Assembly: GCA_951406725.2 (NCBI GenBank)
Contig: OX597816.1
Location: forward strand, 172,794,001 to 172,858,000
Reading direction: 5' to 3'
Length of the DNA: 64,000 bases
Source: Octopus vulgaris
Lineage: Eukaryota
A model generated the notes under the pieces. It was not told where the DNA came from. It saw nothing but the letters and a program-made list of their open reading frames with translations, and ran no database searches. Numbering within the stretch: position 1 is the first letter of the stretch; each line of letters begins with the position of its first letter. This document shows, one piece after another, positions 13,341-26,495 of this stretch. The position numbers and the translations under genes are program-made.

Positions 13341-14754
13341 GCATACATAAATAGACACACACACACATCTAGATAGTTAAGATTAAGACAATACAATATT
13401 ATTGGTGGCCCATAAACCATTGCATAAAGTGAAGGTATCAAGAGCGGGATGTGCCAACAGAGCAGGAAAAGAGAGAAAATAAAATAAGAAGAAAGAGCAA
13501 AAAACAAAATACAAATTCATGCAAATACGTACATTGTAAATAATCTAAAGTATAAGAGAGCTCCATAATAGTCGAAGACAAAGAACCATGTGTAAAAATA
13601 CAAATGCGAAAAAAAAAACTCGAGTGAAATGAAAGTAAGAATGGAACTTAAAGAAAATTAGTGATCATAAAGAATCAAAATGGAAAGGAAAAGGAATTTC
13701 TTGAAAAATATTTTCAAGGGGAATATGCAAGATAGCTAAACGATGAAAGGAAAACAACTCGGCAATGTAAAATATATAAATTATTTACCAAAATAGGAGG
13801 CGGGGGTAGAATTAAAATGATTGCAGCGAAATAACTGTTTGTTTCGAGAGAAATGAAAGGGGTAACTCGTTGGGAGATAAGTAATTACAAAGTAAATACT
13901 AGGAGGCGAGTCTGCAAGTACTTAGCAAGTCAGAATTTTCATTTAAAATAAGCAATTCTTGGAGTAAAATAAAAGGATTCTCAGTTAAATGCTGGGATCA
14001 GTGTTTATACTTTTTCGCTTGTTGTGGAAAATTCCATTTTGTTTCAGATGTAATCGAAATAGATTCTTTCAAAAACCGAATGTAGTTGGAAAAACTCCAG
14101 GTTCTTGATGGAATTGGTATGCTGGATAAAAGGCATTTTGAATCAAGTTCTTGTTGAATTGTACATTAGAAAAACGGCTCCCGAAAAGTCGTTTAAAAAA
14201 TAGTTAATTTTTTGCAGCTAAGTAGGGAGAAACGAAATAAGGGATTCTAGAGAATCATTTTAATTGAAATAGTTATTTTAACGGACAAAATTTTTACAGC
14301 AAGATGAGCTAAATGCTAACTGCGTGCTAACTGCCCGACTTACAAATGATTCGTTGGAAAGTCATAAGTTATAAAATTGACTTTATCAAGCTTTTTATTT
14401 TTTTCTACATTTAAACTAAATTATAAATCATACGGCAGAATATTTCGAGTTTTATGCCATAAAATACATAGACCCACAAAAGTGCTCATAAAATTATTCG
14501 GATAAATGTGCCTAAGAAATACAGTGGACACTAATCTTTGTATAGTTGATTATATTTAGATATTACTTAAAATTTAGATAGAAACATAGTCTAACCGAAA
14601 ACTCAATGAAAATTTACTTACATATTAAATTTTTTTACATAGGTACAAAGCTAGAATTTTTTTGTAGGGTTGGAGGTAAATAGTCGATTAATTCGCCCCA
14701 AGAACTTGGCAGTTTGAGCGACATCTGAAGTACGGTAGCTATGGTAGTAATAAT

Positions 14755-15382
14755 GGTTTCAAATTTTGCCACAACGACAGCAATTTGGTGGTGGTGGTGG
14801 TGGTGGCGGTGGGTCGATTAGATTGACTCCAGTGTTCAGCTGGTACTTATTTTATCGGCCCCGAAAGGATGAAAGGTAAAGCCGACCTCGGCAGAATTTG
14901 AACTCAGAACATAGCGGCAGACGAAATACCTATTTCTTTACTACCCACAAGGGGCTAAACACAGAGAGGATAAACAAGGACAGAGAAACGGATTAAGTCG
15001 ATTACATCGACCCCCAGTGCGTAACTGGTACTTATTTAATCGACCCCGAAAGGATGAAAGGCAAAGTCGACTTCGGCGGAATTTGAACTCAGAACGTAAA
15101 GGCAGACGAAATACCGCTAAGCATTTCGCCCGGCGTGCTTAACGATTCTTCTGGCTCGCCGCCTTAGTTTCAAATTTTCCCACAAGGGCAGCAATTTTGG
15201 GGAGGGAATGAGTCGATTACAGCGACCCCAGTGTTCAACTGGTACTTATTTTATCGACTGAAAAGGACGAATGGCAAAGTCGACCTCGGCAGTATTTGAA
15301 CTCAGAACGTAGCGACGGACGATATACAGCTAAGCATTTCGTCCAGCGTGCTAACAAAACAACTCAGACAGCTCGCCACCTT
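14755..15382 (-). mobile_element. Tandem cluster of three family-B SINEs
   Basis: The motif aaagtcgacctcggc.gaatttgaactcagaac recurs at ~14880, ~15065 and ~15278. The middle copy (~14929-15165) is full length. Confidence 0.8.
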
Positions 15383-16505
15383 AATTATAGTAGTAATAAT
15401 GATGACAGTTGTTGCTTTTGTTTTACAGATTTATGATCAAAGACGGTCCAGCCATGAACAATCCACCGTTATTTTAGACATTGCTTAGATTTCTTTTAAA
15501 GTTTGCTTTATATTTTTATCAGGTCGAGAGATCAGGTAGAGACTTCCTCTTTGGTTAACTCACTCGTTGGGGATGACCGGTGGAATTCTATTAGCGGTGG
15601 AAATGGTGGTTGCGATTGAGATTACGGTGGTGTTGATGGCGTTGATGCCGTTGTTGCTTGGTGGCGGTGGTAGGAATATCGATAGTTACACTAGGTCTGG
15701 TGTTGGTGGTAGTGGTGGCGGTGGTGACATTGTTATTGGTGGTCGTGTTGGTAAAATTGGTGGTGGTGGTGGTGGTGGTGGTGGTGGTGATGCTAAGATT
15801 AAAATGATAGGTTTGGTGATAAAATGATAGTTTTGGTGATAGTACATTTGATTCTTATAGTGTTTCGTGGTGATGGCATTAGTCGAGATGCTATGGAGAT
15901 GATGGTAGCGATTGCGGTTTTAAACTAAGAAGCTGCTGCTGCAGTTAAAGTAAATATATGCATTGTCAAAGCTTATACAGAAGGACTATAAAGTGGTGGC
16001 AGCGGCGGTGGTGGTGGAGGGTGTAATGGTGGTGGTGGTGGTGGTGGTGGTGGTAGGACGTATAGTTGTGTGGATATCTCCAACAAGGCATGGCGCTCCA
16101 CTCTTTCTTTTATTCCTTTATTTATTTATCTTTACCGTCAAGCAAAGCTGTCAACGCTTTCTGTATATGTTCAGTGAACCGTGACTTGATGACATTTCAG
16201 CTCGTTTGCACATGCGCTGTATGGGAACAAATAGGTGTCTCGAGGTGAGAATTCATGCAGGCGGAACTGTTACATTCTACATTTTCTGGCAGACTGTCAG
16301 GTCAACGTGCAACAGCCCCCCCAACCCCCCCTCTCTCTCTCTCTCTTATTCTCTCTCCCTTTCACTCTTATTCTATCTCTCTTCTTTTTAGCTACCATTA
16401 TTTCTCTCTTACTATTTACGCGCGCATAAATATGTATGTGTCAGTGTGTGTATGCGTGTGTGTACTTATGTACACATTTATGTATGCTCTCTTTACTCTT
16501 ATAAA

Positions 16506-16558
<53 letters not shown>

Positions 16559-16561
16559 CAC

Positions 16562-16643
<82 letters not shown>

Positions 16644-16881
16644 GGCGATAGATAGATATACATACATATACATACACATGAACACACAAACATACACACA
16701 CGCACGCACCACTCACACATACACGCTGTTAACTGCGATAGTTTTAAGACATAACTCAAGTCATCTCCATGTAAAAATACCTATATATATATATATATGT
16801 AAGAAATGCACAACATTTAAAAAAAATGGTGCTACAGAAAAAAACTTATGATCCAAATACATGCAAAAGCAACCAATTAAC

Positions 16882-16952
<71 letters not shown>

Positions 16953-16965
16953 TAATAATAATAAT

Positions 16966-17762
16966 GAAGAGCGGGAAAGGTTTGATCAGTTGCCAAGACC
17001 GTATCGAAGCAGAGGAAAATAGCTTAGCTTAGGGTGGTATATAAAAAAAACCGTGGAGCTACTGTTGAAACACACGAAGGCCGGTGTCATCAAAACTGAA
17101 AGTTGTGTAACGAAAGAAAAATTTAAACAAGAAATGAACAAAAAAAGCATGCAGGAAAAAGAAAACGTACAGGTGAACGCCGTGACAGATAGAGAGGGTC
17201 GGTGGTTATGGATTAGGAGGAGTGATCTGAAGATAGAGACAAAAGCACATTTATGCGCAGCTGAGGAACAAGCGATAAGGACCAACTATATGAAGTGCAG
17301 AATAGACAACACCGATAGCGATAGCGACAAATGCAGAATGTGTGGTGAGAGGGGTGAAACGGTATGGCACATCGTTAGCGAATGCTCGAAATTAGCAAAA
17401 TGTGGAAAACTAAAACAATACCTGTTGTCATAGGTGCCCTGAGAATGATAGCTGAATGAAAGGGGTTGGTTGCTACCTAGCTCAGATACCAGGAAACCCC
17501 GAAATGGCAGAAATTCAAAAGATATTGCCCAAGGGAACTGCTCATATCCTACGCAAAATACTTTCTATGTAATCTCAAATTTTAAAACAAACATAATTTT
17601 CTTATGGTTTCTTAAACATTCTTTAGAACAACACTATGTACAAAACCAAATATATGGCACCCTAGGCATAACACCATCATGAACTTCCAACTTGTATCTT
17701 GAGGTCTCTGGGTGAGACTTGGAAGTAACTTGTACAAATGTAAAGCAAAAGTCAAACATAGA

Positions 17763-17766
<4 letters not shown>
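16966..17766 (+). mobile_element. R4/Dong-clade (RLE) non-LTR retrotransposon 3' fragment, internally deleted, within (TAA)n
   Basis: G.GLIS...W.WI..SDLKIET...LCAAEEQAIRTN...CRMC...ETVWHIVSEC CCHC knuckle, then IPVVIGAL and GTAHILRKIL C-terminal RLE motifs. Flanked on both sides by (TAA)n. Confidence 0.82.
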
Positions 17767-17845
<79 letters not shown>

Positions 17846-17847
<2 letters not shown>

Positions 17848-18364
17848 TAAATGTCCTGATGCAGTGCCTCTCATGGCTTCTGATCTTAACTGATTGGAAG
17901 TGGTTATTATGTACATTGTTTTGTCTTGGTATAAAAGATGGGCTACAGCAAATATTCTGCTCAATACCACAGATTTGCTTGTCAGTTGTTTGACCTTAAC
18001 CAGTTGAGCATGTCCCTTAGTGGCTGGCGATGTGGGGAGCATCATAGCCATGTGTTGAGAGGAATTCTTTAGGGTTTGAATAATTTACCTCTGGAAACAT
18101 GGGTGTTTCGTTCAACATCCTTAAACAATCCTTTTTTTTTTTTGAGCAGGATGGATTACTCAACCAGTAGAAATTTCTAACTGGGGCCCACCTGCAAGGT
18201 CATGTGCTGTTTATTTTGATATGAGATCACCAAGTCGCGCACATATGGTTGTGATGCATGTACCTAGTGTACCCTTATCAGACGGGTAGTCATGATGGGT
18301 ATACTGGGCTTCATATATTTTACCCCATTTTCACTTTGATAGCATGCACTGCTCTCTCACTCAA
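17846..18364. mobile_element. ~520-bp non-coding insert bounded by (TAA)n on both sides (probable microsatellite-targeting element)
   Basis: Complex sequence between pure TAA arrays at 17767-17845 and 18365-18457. No ORF recognised. Confidence 0.45.
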
Positions 18365-18366
18365 TG

Positions 18367-18436
<70 letters not shown>

Positions 18437-18499
18437 TAATAATAATAATAATAATAATTATTATTATTATTATTATTATTTCTACTCTATGTCAAGGCC

Positions 18500-18692
18500 C
18501 TGAAAATTCGTGGGGTGGGGGAGTAGTCGATTACATCGACCCCAGTGTGTAACTGGTTCTTATTTGATCGACCCCGAAATAATGAAAGCCAAAGTCGACC
18601 TCGGCGAAATTTGAACTCAGAACGTAGCAGTAGACGAAATTCTGTTGAGCATTTCGCCCGGCGTGCTAACGATTCTGCCAGCTCGCCGCCTT
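18500..18692 (-). mobile_element. SINE family B variant
   Basis: aaagtcgacctcggcgaaatttgaactcagaac...ctgccagctcgccgcc. Confidence 0.8.
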
Positions 18693-18741
18693 AATAATAA
18701 GTCAAATAGTCAAATATTGGCGTTATTGTAATTCTTACACA

Positions 18742-18791
<50 letters not shown>

Positions 18792-18935
18792 CATACGCAT
18801 ACCCTTCTCTCACACACCTAACCTACAGTAATCACCATCAAAACTGCTCAAGTTAAACTAATGAATATCTATGTGGCGTCTGAACTTGCTAGAAATAATT
18901 CCTCAAATAACATCGTAGTCTCTTTAAAAGACATA

Positions 18936-19116
18936 GGCGCAGGCGTGACTGTGTGGTAAGATGCATGCTTCCCAACCACATGGTTCCGGGTTCAGTCCCA
19001 CAACGTGGCACCTTGGGCAAGTGTCTTCTACTATAGCTTCGGGCCGACCAAAGCCTTGCGAGTGGATTTGATAGAAGGAAACGGAAAAACCGTCGTATGT
19101 GAAAGAGTGAGTGAAT

Positions 19117-19170
<54 letters not shown>

Positions 19171-19280
19171 AAGTACTAGGCTTACAAAGAATAAGTCCTG
19201 TGGTCGATTTCTTCGACTAAAACCCTTTAAGCGGTGCTCCAGCATGGCTGCAGACAACTGATTGAAACAAGTAGCAGAAT
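18936..19280 (+). mobile_element. SINE family A (internally deleted)
   Basis: Family-A head and tail with (TG)n replacing the middle. Confidence 0.8.
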
Positions 19281-19467
19281 GACAGAATAACATTGGATAA
19301 TGTAAGCTTAAAGACACTTTTTTGATAAAAGCTAGGACATTCATGTGAACAGTTTTTGGCGATAAGTCTATTCGATTAGGGCTGAGCTAAGTCTAAAATT
19401 CCTAACTCATAACGTAGAGTCTAAATCGATATATTTAATTAATGCTCCTTTTTTTTTATCTTCGCAG

Positions 19468-19883
19468 TTTATCACTTTGAACCTCGGGATCCAATTGACT
19501 ACTACCACCCAGATTACATGCATTCGACGTTCCGGAAACTGTTGGACGATTTCGTATCATGGCCTCGACCTATAAAAGCTTTGCCGGAAACTGACCCCAT
19601 CAAACCGTATTCTGCAGATGCTGTTACCTACGTTCGTGGCCATACACCCCTCTCAAGCAGCAGCAACATTAGCAGTAGCAGCAGCAGCGGCAGTAGTTGC
19701 ATTGGTGGTATTGATGGTAGTAGTAGTAGTAGTGGTGGTGGTGGCGGTGGTGGAGGAACCTGTAGCGGCAGTGATCACAGTATCAGCAATGACAACAGCA
19801 ACTACAACAATCATAAAAACAACAATATCAACGGCAGCAGCAGTGATGTAACAAAGGACAACAACAACAACAACAGCAATAAC

Positions 19884-19968
<85 letters not shown>

Positions 19969-21807
19969 GTAACAAGACATCGCTGACAAGATCAATTTTA
20001 AAGCAGCATTATCCTACCCACCATCATCACCACCATCATCACCATCATCATCATCACAACCAGCATCAGCAGCAACAGTATCATCATCATCATGGTTATT
20101 CTCATCGTCACCTACGGGAGGGAAAAGAAGGCGATGGGGAAGAGCAAAAACGTCAAGTAAAAGAACAACAAGAAGAAGAACAACAGTTGCAGCAGCATCA
20201 GCATCAGCATCAACAAGATGAACAGCAGCAACAACAGCCAAAAGAGCAGGAGGAGGAGGAGGAGGAGCAAGAAGAGCAAGAATGCTTTAACTCGAACATA
20301 CAAAATTTCAAGTCGAAATCTTACCTTAACTCCGACATCAACAACAGTATCAGCAACAGTAAACGTGATGACAGAGATCATCTGAATTACAGTCACCGAA
20401 GAGAGGGCAACGAGACTATTTACGATGACACTGTCATCAATTGTCACTACGATTCGAAACTGTATCCTAAAGACTTCACCGTCCCAAATTCTTCGTCCAT
20501 TTCCATCTCCACTTCTTCCACATCCTCGTCCCCCGCTGAAAACATTATCGCCCAGAGCCCCTCCTCTCCTCCGAACCCGCCCTCACCACCATCACCAATC
20601 TTGGGAGACGAAGGCAACCACCGTCCCGACGAAACCTACCGGCGCATCCCCCACCCACACCAAAGCTCACTACTGCATCATTTTCAACATCAGCAACATC
20701 AGCTGCTGCTCCAACAGCAACAACAACAACATCAATACCAACAACATCATCATATCCAATCACACCAACAGCATCACCTTCATCACCAACACCATCCACA
20801 TCATCTGCCGCATTTAACTAACTCGGCTTTTTTCACTCAACGTGAAATCCCGACTTATCCGTTTAGGACGGGTCTGGAAAATCTTCATCGCACCACTACG
20901 GCCCTCCATGGCATCGGAGGAAGAGATAATCATGGAAATATTTCGGGTAGGAGCAATCTCGGTCTCAGCAATGTTGCTAGCATGGGTAACTCTGGTTTTG
21001 GTGTTGCAGCCCCTACGGTCGACAGTTCGAACGGCGCTGCTGGGGATTTGATTCGAGTTAGTATGGTCGGACCACCAGGTGTCGTCAGTCGATCCGGTTT
21101 AGGTGGGTTACTAGGTGGTCTTGCTCTCCACCATTCGCCCACCACGGCAGCCCTGTCTTTCTCTCATATGCCCCCACAGTTCCATATGCATTCACACCAG
21201 CACCACTCTAATTCGAACACACATAGCAACCACAACAGCATCAACGGTGGCAGCAACAACAGCCAACACCCACACCAGCATAATCATCATCACCATCACC
21301 ATCATCCACTTGGACAACAACCACAATCATCACAACAACAACAACAGCAACAACAACAGCCCCATCACCATTCTCACCCACTTCAGAACCACCCTCACTC
21401 AGTACTGCACCCATCTCACCAGACGAGTCCTCAATCCCAGACTTCATTACCGCCACCGCCGCCACCACCACCACTGCCACCGCCACCACCACCACTACCA
21501 CCACCATTGCCGCCAGTCCCGCCACCTCCACCACCGTCTCAAGCATCCATCATGCCACCGTTGTCCCTCTGTTCGTCCACTTCGCTATCGCCTCCTCCGC
21601 CGTCTTCTATTTCCCTCTCCTCGTTGCAGGCAACAGTGACTGATAAACTCTTCCAGTGTAAGCAGTGTGGCAAGTGCTTCAAACGTTCCTCAACTCTGTC
21701 AACCCACTTACTCATTCACAGTGACACTAGACCCTATCCGTGTCAGTACTGCGGTAAGCGCTTCCATCAGAAATCTGACATGAAGAAACACACATACATC
21801 CACACAG
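19468..21807 (+). CDS. sens: Senseless/Gfi1-family C2H2 zinc-finger transcription factor, large coding exon (low-complexity N-terminal region plus first two fingers)
   Basis: The 786-aa ORF ends in [53 protein letters not shown], the Gfi1/Senseless ZF3-ZF4 signature. Acceptor tttttttatcttcgcag ends at 19467, with an in-frame TAA just upstream at 19440 and an open frame [16 protein letters not shown] to Met 19518. Donor cacacag|gtaagc at 21807/21808 is phase 1. The 3' boundary is firm; the 5' boundary is less certain. Confidence 0.93.
19860..19967 (+). repeat. Coding (AAC/AAT)n microsatellite encoding poly-Asn
   Basis: In-frame AAC/AAT run inside the large exon. Poly-His, poly-Gln, poly-Glu and poly-Pro tracts follow. 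Confidence 0.9.
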
Positions 21808-21826
21808 GTAAGCACCCACCAGCAAG

Positions 21827-21868
<42 letters not shown>

Positions 21869-21948
21869 TATAGGATAAAAATATTTCGGGAAAACATTTT
21901 ATCAATGGCCAGCATATCAAAAAATGCCTTTAAAGGTAAAATTTATGC

Positions 21949-22161
21949 ATAATTTACAAGATAAGGGCAGAAGAAAAATTCTAATGCCAGATACGCCGAA
22001 ACAAAAAATTGTCGATAACCATTAAATTTATGCGTCTCGAAACAATCCGATAGAAATCTCTAAAAAATTCGTTATTACCGTATTGGTCCAATTTCGGGGT
22101 TTCGAGACGCGTAAATTTAATGGCGTATCTGGCATTAGAATTTTTCTTCTGCCCTTATCTT

Positions 22162-22170
<9 letters not shown>
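21949..22170. repeat. Near-perfect inverted repeat (~70-bp arms)
   Basis: aagataagggcagaagaaaaattctaatgccagatacgcc...attaaatttatgcgtctcgaaac (21949-22043) versus its reverse complement at 22099-22170. The left arm has a ~23-nt insertion. Confidence 0.9.
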
Positions 22171-22225
<55 letters not shown>

Positions 22226-22228
<3 letters not shown>

Positions 22229-23030
22229 GGGAAAAGTAAAAAGAAAAAAAGAGAAAATGCACATTGGATATTTAAAAAATTAAGGTTTTTTTAATGAAAG
22301 TAACGATATGTGTATACAATTAGATGAACTGAGGTAGAATTAGGAGGTATAAAAGAAGTCATTATTATGAATTGCTACAGAAGATTCAGAGTCATACCGG
22401 TATCGTCAAAAGCTGCTATTTAAAGAAGAACTGGAAGAGGTATTTAAATGATTGCTTTATGCTTTGAAAAGATAGCATGGACAAACTCCTCGATTTCAAA
22501 ATAATGTTCAACAATATCAGTAGCAGCATACAATTCACCATGGAACACAGCAACAAACAACTCTCTTTTCTTGACATCCTAATTAAAATAGTCAATAACC
22601 ACATCGAAACGGACATCTTCTATAAACCCACAGATTCTAAACAATACCTATTATTCAACTCATGCCACCCAAACACATAAAAATTAATATACCTTGTAAT
22701 CTAGCGAAAAGAATCTGTACCATAGTTTCGGACACCAATACTCGTAAACAATACTAATCAAGAGACATTATCCAACATCATTAATAAATGATGGGATTAA
22801 ACGAGCAAAGTAATTAGAATACGAACATTAAGGGAAGTCAACCGAAATACAACACCAAACTTAAAAATACTCCCATACATCTCCACACACAACCCTAGAA
22901 ACATTGAGGCCTTCAACATCATTATCCAACATTTACCCATTCTCACAGGAAATAAAACAATGAACAAAATTTTAGGTTCACACAGTTATCAAGAGCAAAA
23001 TGCAACCGAAATCATTGAAAAAGTATTAAG

Positions 23031-23083
<53 letters not shown>

Positions 23084-23855
23084 TGCATTGTAGAAGTTGC
23101 TTATTGTGATTATATGGGAATAGTATCATTTAAAACAATAACATATATCCATTAACAACGGATCCAAAAGGGAAAAAAATGCAGGCGGCCTAACTGTGGC
23201 ACATGTTCCCAAATTTTGGAGCATACAGAGTTCCACTTTAAACAAGGTGAAATATTTAAGATAAAATCAAATTTTACCTGTGCTTCGGAAAACCTAATCT
23301 ATGCTATTACCTGCTTAGGGTGCGGAAATCACAAAATAGGCCTAACAGGAATGTCACTCCGATGAACAACTCTTCACAAAGAACAAATCTGCTACTCACA
23401 ATACAGACAGATACAGGTCAGTGAACATATAGAAAGTCTTGCCAGGAACCTTAAACCCAACTTCCAAATTTTCCCTTTCTATCAATGTTCACAGAACACC
23501 TCAGTACAGCAAAGATTAAATAAAGAAGCAACTTTCATTAGTAAATATCATCCACAACTCAACATAATACAGGACACTACTAACCTTAATAATAATACCA
23601 CTAATTTCCATACATCCCATACACCATTCATATTACAGTATTTATATCTACCCTAATTACACCACTACCAGAACTGCTTACCTCCCTTGCGTGTAATCTT
23701 TTCACTGAGGGACTATTAGACCCGATACTGTTTGGAAATCGGTGCTCATTCAAAGTCAGTGAACAGCTTTTAACGATACCGGTTTGACTTTGAATCTTCT
23801 TTAACAATTCATAATAATGACTTTTATACCTCTTAATTCTTCCTCAGTTCATCTA

Positions 23856-23904
<49 letters not shown>

Positions 23905-23980
23905 TTACCTTTCATAAAAAAGCCTTTATTTTTTTATATACAATGTGCATTTTCTCTTTTTTCCCCTTACTTTACCCCTA
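22226..23980 (+). mobile_element. 5'-truncated Penelope-like element with inverted pseudo-LTR
   Basis: RT C-terminus (IQFTMEHSNKQLSFLDILI...DIFYKPTDSKQYLLFNSCHP) and GIY-YIG remnants (RPNCGTC...FTCASENLIYAITC). ~190-bp inverted terminal copies at ~22226-22414 and ~23763-23980, set in (TA)n. Confidence 0.85.
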
Positions 23981-24022
23981 TTTATACCACGTTTAGTCTC
24001 TTTTGTCTTTGAAACCTATTTC

Positions 24023-24202
<180 letters not shown>

Positions 24203-26087
24203 ATGTATTTATGTATGTATGCATGTATATGCAAAGAGAGAGAGAGAGAGAGAGAGAAAAGGGTAATTAAAAAATTAAATAAATTACCAAGGAAGAAGAA
24301 ATAATGTAATGAACCTCATTAGCTTACAGCTGTTTCTGTCATAAGATGCAATATACTCATAGTCGAGCGCTTGCCACCTTATTTATATACAGAAAACATT
24401 ACCATCGAAAAATTATAAAAATATGTCGGATAAATATTTTTTTTTTCGAGGGTAATGTTTTCTAAATATAAATGGTTTACCAAATAAAATTGCACTTCAC
24501 TTTTGAAGCTCCGACTATAGATTGTATTCAGTCATGACTGCAGGGCATCACATAGCAGAAACAGCTGTAAGTTCTGGTTCCTTGATTCTTATGTTTTTTT
24601 TCTATTACGTTCTATTCTCAATTAACGCTCCTTTCTAAATCATATGCATATTGAGTTCTAACATCTGGTTGTTAGTACCGCCATACAAAGCGCTTCAAAC
24701 GCTACGGGCTTGTGCTCTATGGTGTTTTATCGATAATCTCACATATCTATAAAATTGCACACATTGCACATATTGATCTACAGGTAGTTGAACGGAATCG
24801 TATCTAATTGATAAGAACGTGAGAGTAAACTGGTCAAATGTCACCAGTCTGAGAGTAAACTGGTCAAATGTCACCATCGTTCCTCTTTCCCTGATTAAAT
24901 ATATAAGAAAATTCATGTTTTAATGCCTGTGTCAGTGTGAGTGTGTTTCTATGTTCCTATGTGTTTTTATGTCTCTATGTGTGTCAACTCTGAGACGGGA
25001 AGGCACTGCCGATTACCTGTTACTATGCATACTATATATGAGTGTATGTATATACATGTATTTGTTTATGCGTTAAGTATAAATTACCCTTTCGGACCAC
25101 TGTTTCGATCAGTCAACCATTCCGTCGACTGTATCTATCTACGGATTGAAAAGAATTGGATTTAACATGTCGATGGCGATGTTTTCAGGTAATCACGTAA
25201 TCAACGAAGTAAATTTTATCTCTCATGTTTGAGGTTCTCATAGAAAATCTTAAGAAATGTTCCAGCAGGTAGATATTAGCTCGCACCTTTTATTTGGGAT
25301 TTGTGTAGTCTGGTGAATAATGATGCATTTCTCTGTAAGATGGATTTGGCAGCTATTTCATTCGATCTTAAAATTATCGATTGCTATTTTTTTCGTTTGA
25401 TGCAGTTAAAATCTATTTCTGTTCAATTCTGCTGACAGATACTGTCAACCAAAAGGTTAACTGGACGAAACTGTGATCCAGATTATAATGCTTGTTTATC
25501 CAACTCATAAGCGAGCACATATAAGATTCTTACATTCTATAGACTTCTAACACTATAAATTCAGAAATTTTACTTTAGTATCGCAAAATATAAACTAGAA
25601 ACACAGACACACATACACATACATGCATTGCAGAAGTTGCTTATTGTGATTATTCTGGGAATGGTATCATTTAAACAACAATAACTTCTTGATAAAATTG
25701 AACAGAAGAAATAATAAGCCGATCATGTTTGACAGCCACTTTGATAACAATAACTGTTTGATAACATTATCTCACTATAATAAACTACTTTCCACTAGAC
25801 ACATACATAAACAAATATATACATCCATACATAGATACATACATATATATATATATATATATATGAAAGTATATATATATATATGTATATATATATATAC
25901 ACATAACTATATATATATATGTATATTTGTGTATGTATATATATATATATATATATATAACTATGTGTGTGTGTGAGTATTCTCATATATATATATTTAT
26001 ACGTGTGTATCCGTAAAAATACATAGTATAGCCCATGAATGCGTTTTGAGTGAAGGTGACAGACAGAAACTGTGTGGAAGATCGTCA

Positions 26088-26495
26088 TGACTGTGTAATA
26101 TGAAGCCTACTTCTCAACCACATGTCTCCGGGTTCAGTCCCACTGTCTGGCACACTGAGCAATGGCAAGTGTCTTCTTCTATAGCCGCGGGCTGACCAAG
26201 GCCTTGTGAGTAGATTTGGTAGATGGAAACTTAGAGAAACCCATCGTGTATATGTATAAATATATATATTATAGACACACACATATACATACGCACATAT
26301 ATACGTATAAACACACACACACAGATATTTGCGTGTGTAACTGTGTGAATCTTTGCGTTTGTCACTCCCCCCCCCCTACTTGGCAACAGGTGTTGGTGTA
26401 TCTACGTCCCCGTGACTTAGCGGTTCGGCTAAAATTCTTCAATGTGGTGCCCCAGCTTGGCTGCAATCTAATGACTGAAACGAGTAAACGAAAAG
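26088..26495 (+). mobile_element. SINE family A, diverged
   Basis: caaccacatg..ccgggttcagtcccactg...ccttgtgagtagatttggtaga...atgactgaaac. Confidence 0.75.

Noticed and set aside
21808-21878. C-terminal [12 protein letters not shown]... of the 786-aa ORF
   Set aside because: Intron read-through past a consensus GTAAGC donor; the true continuation is at 53535.
23701-23763. Possible hammerhead in the PLE 3' region (cactgaggga...aaagtcagtg)
   Set aside because: Both core halves deviate and stem I does not register correctly; at most a decayed remnant.
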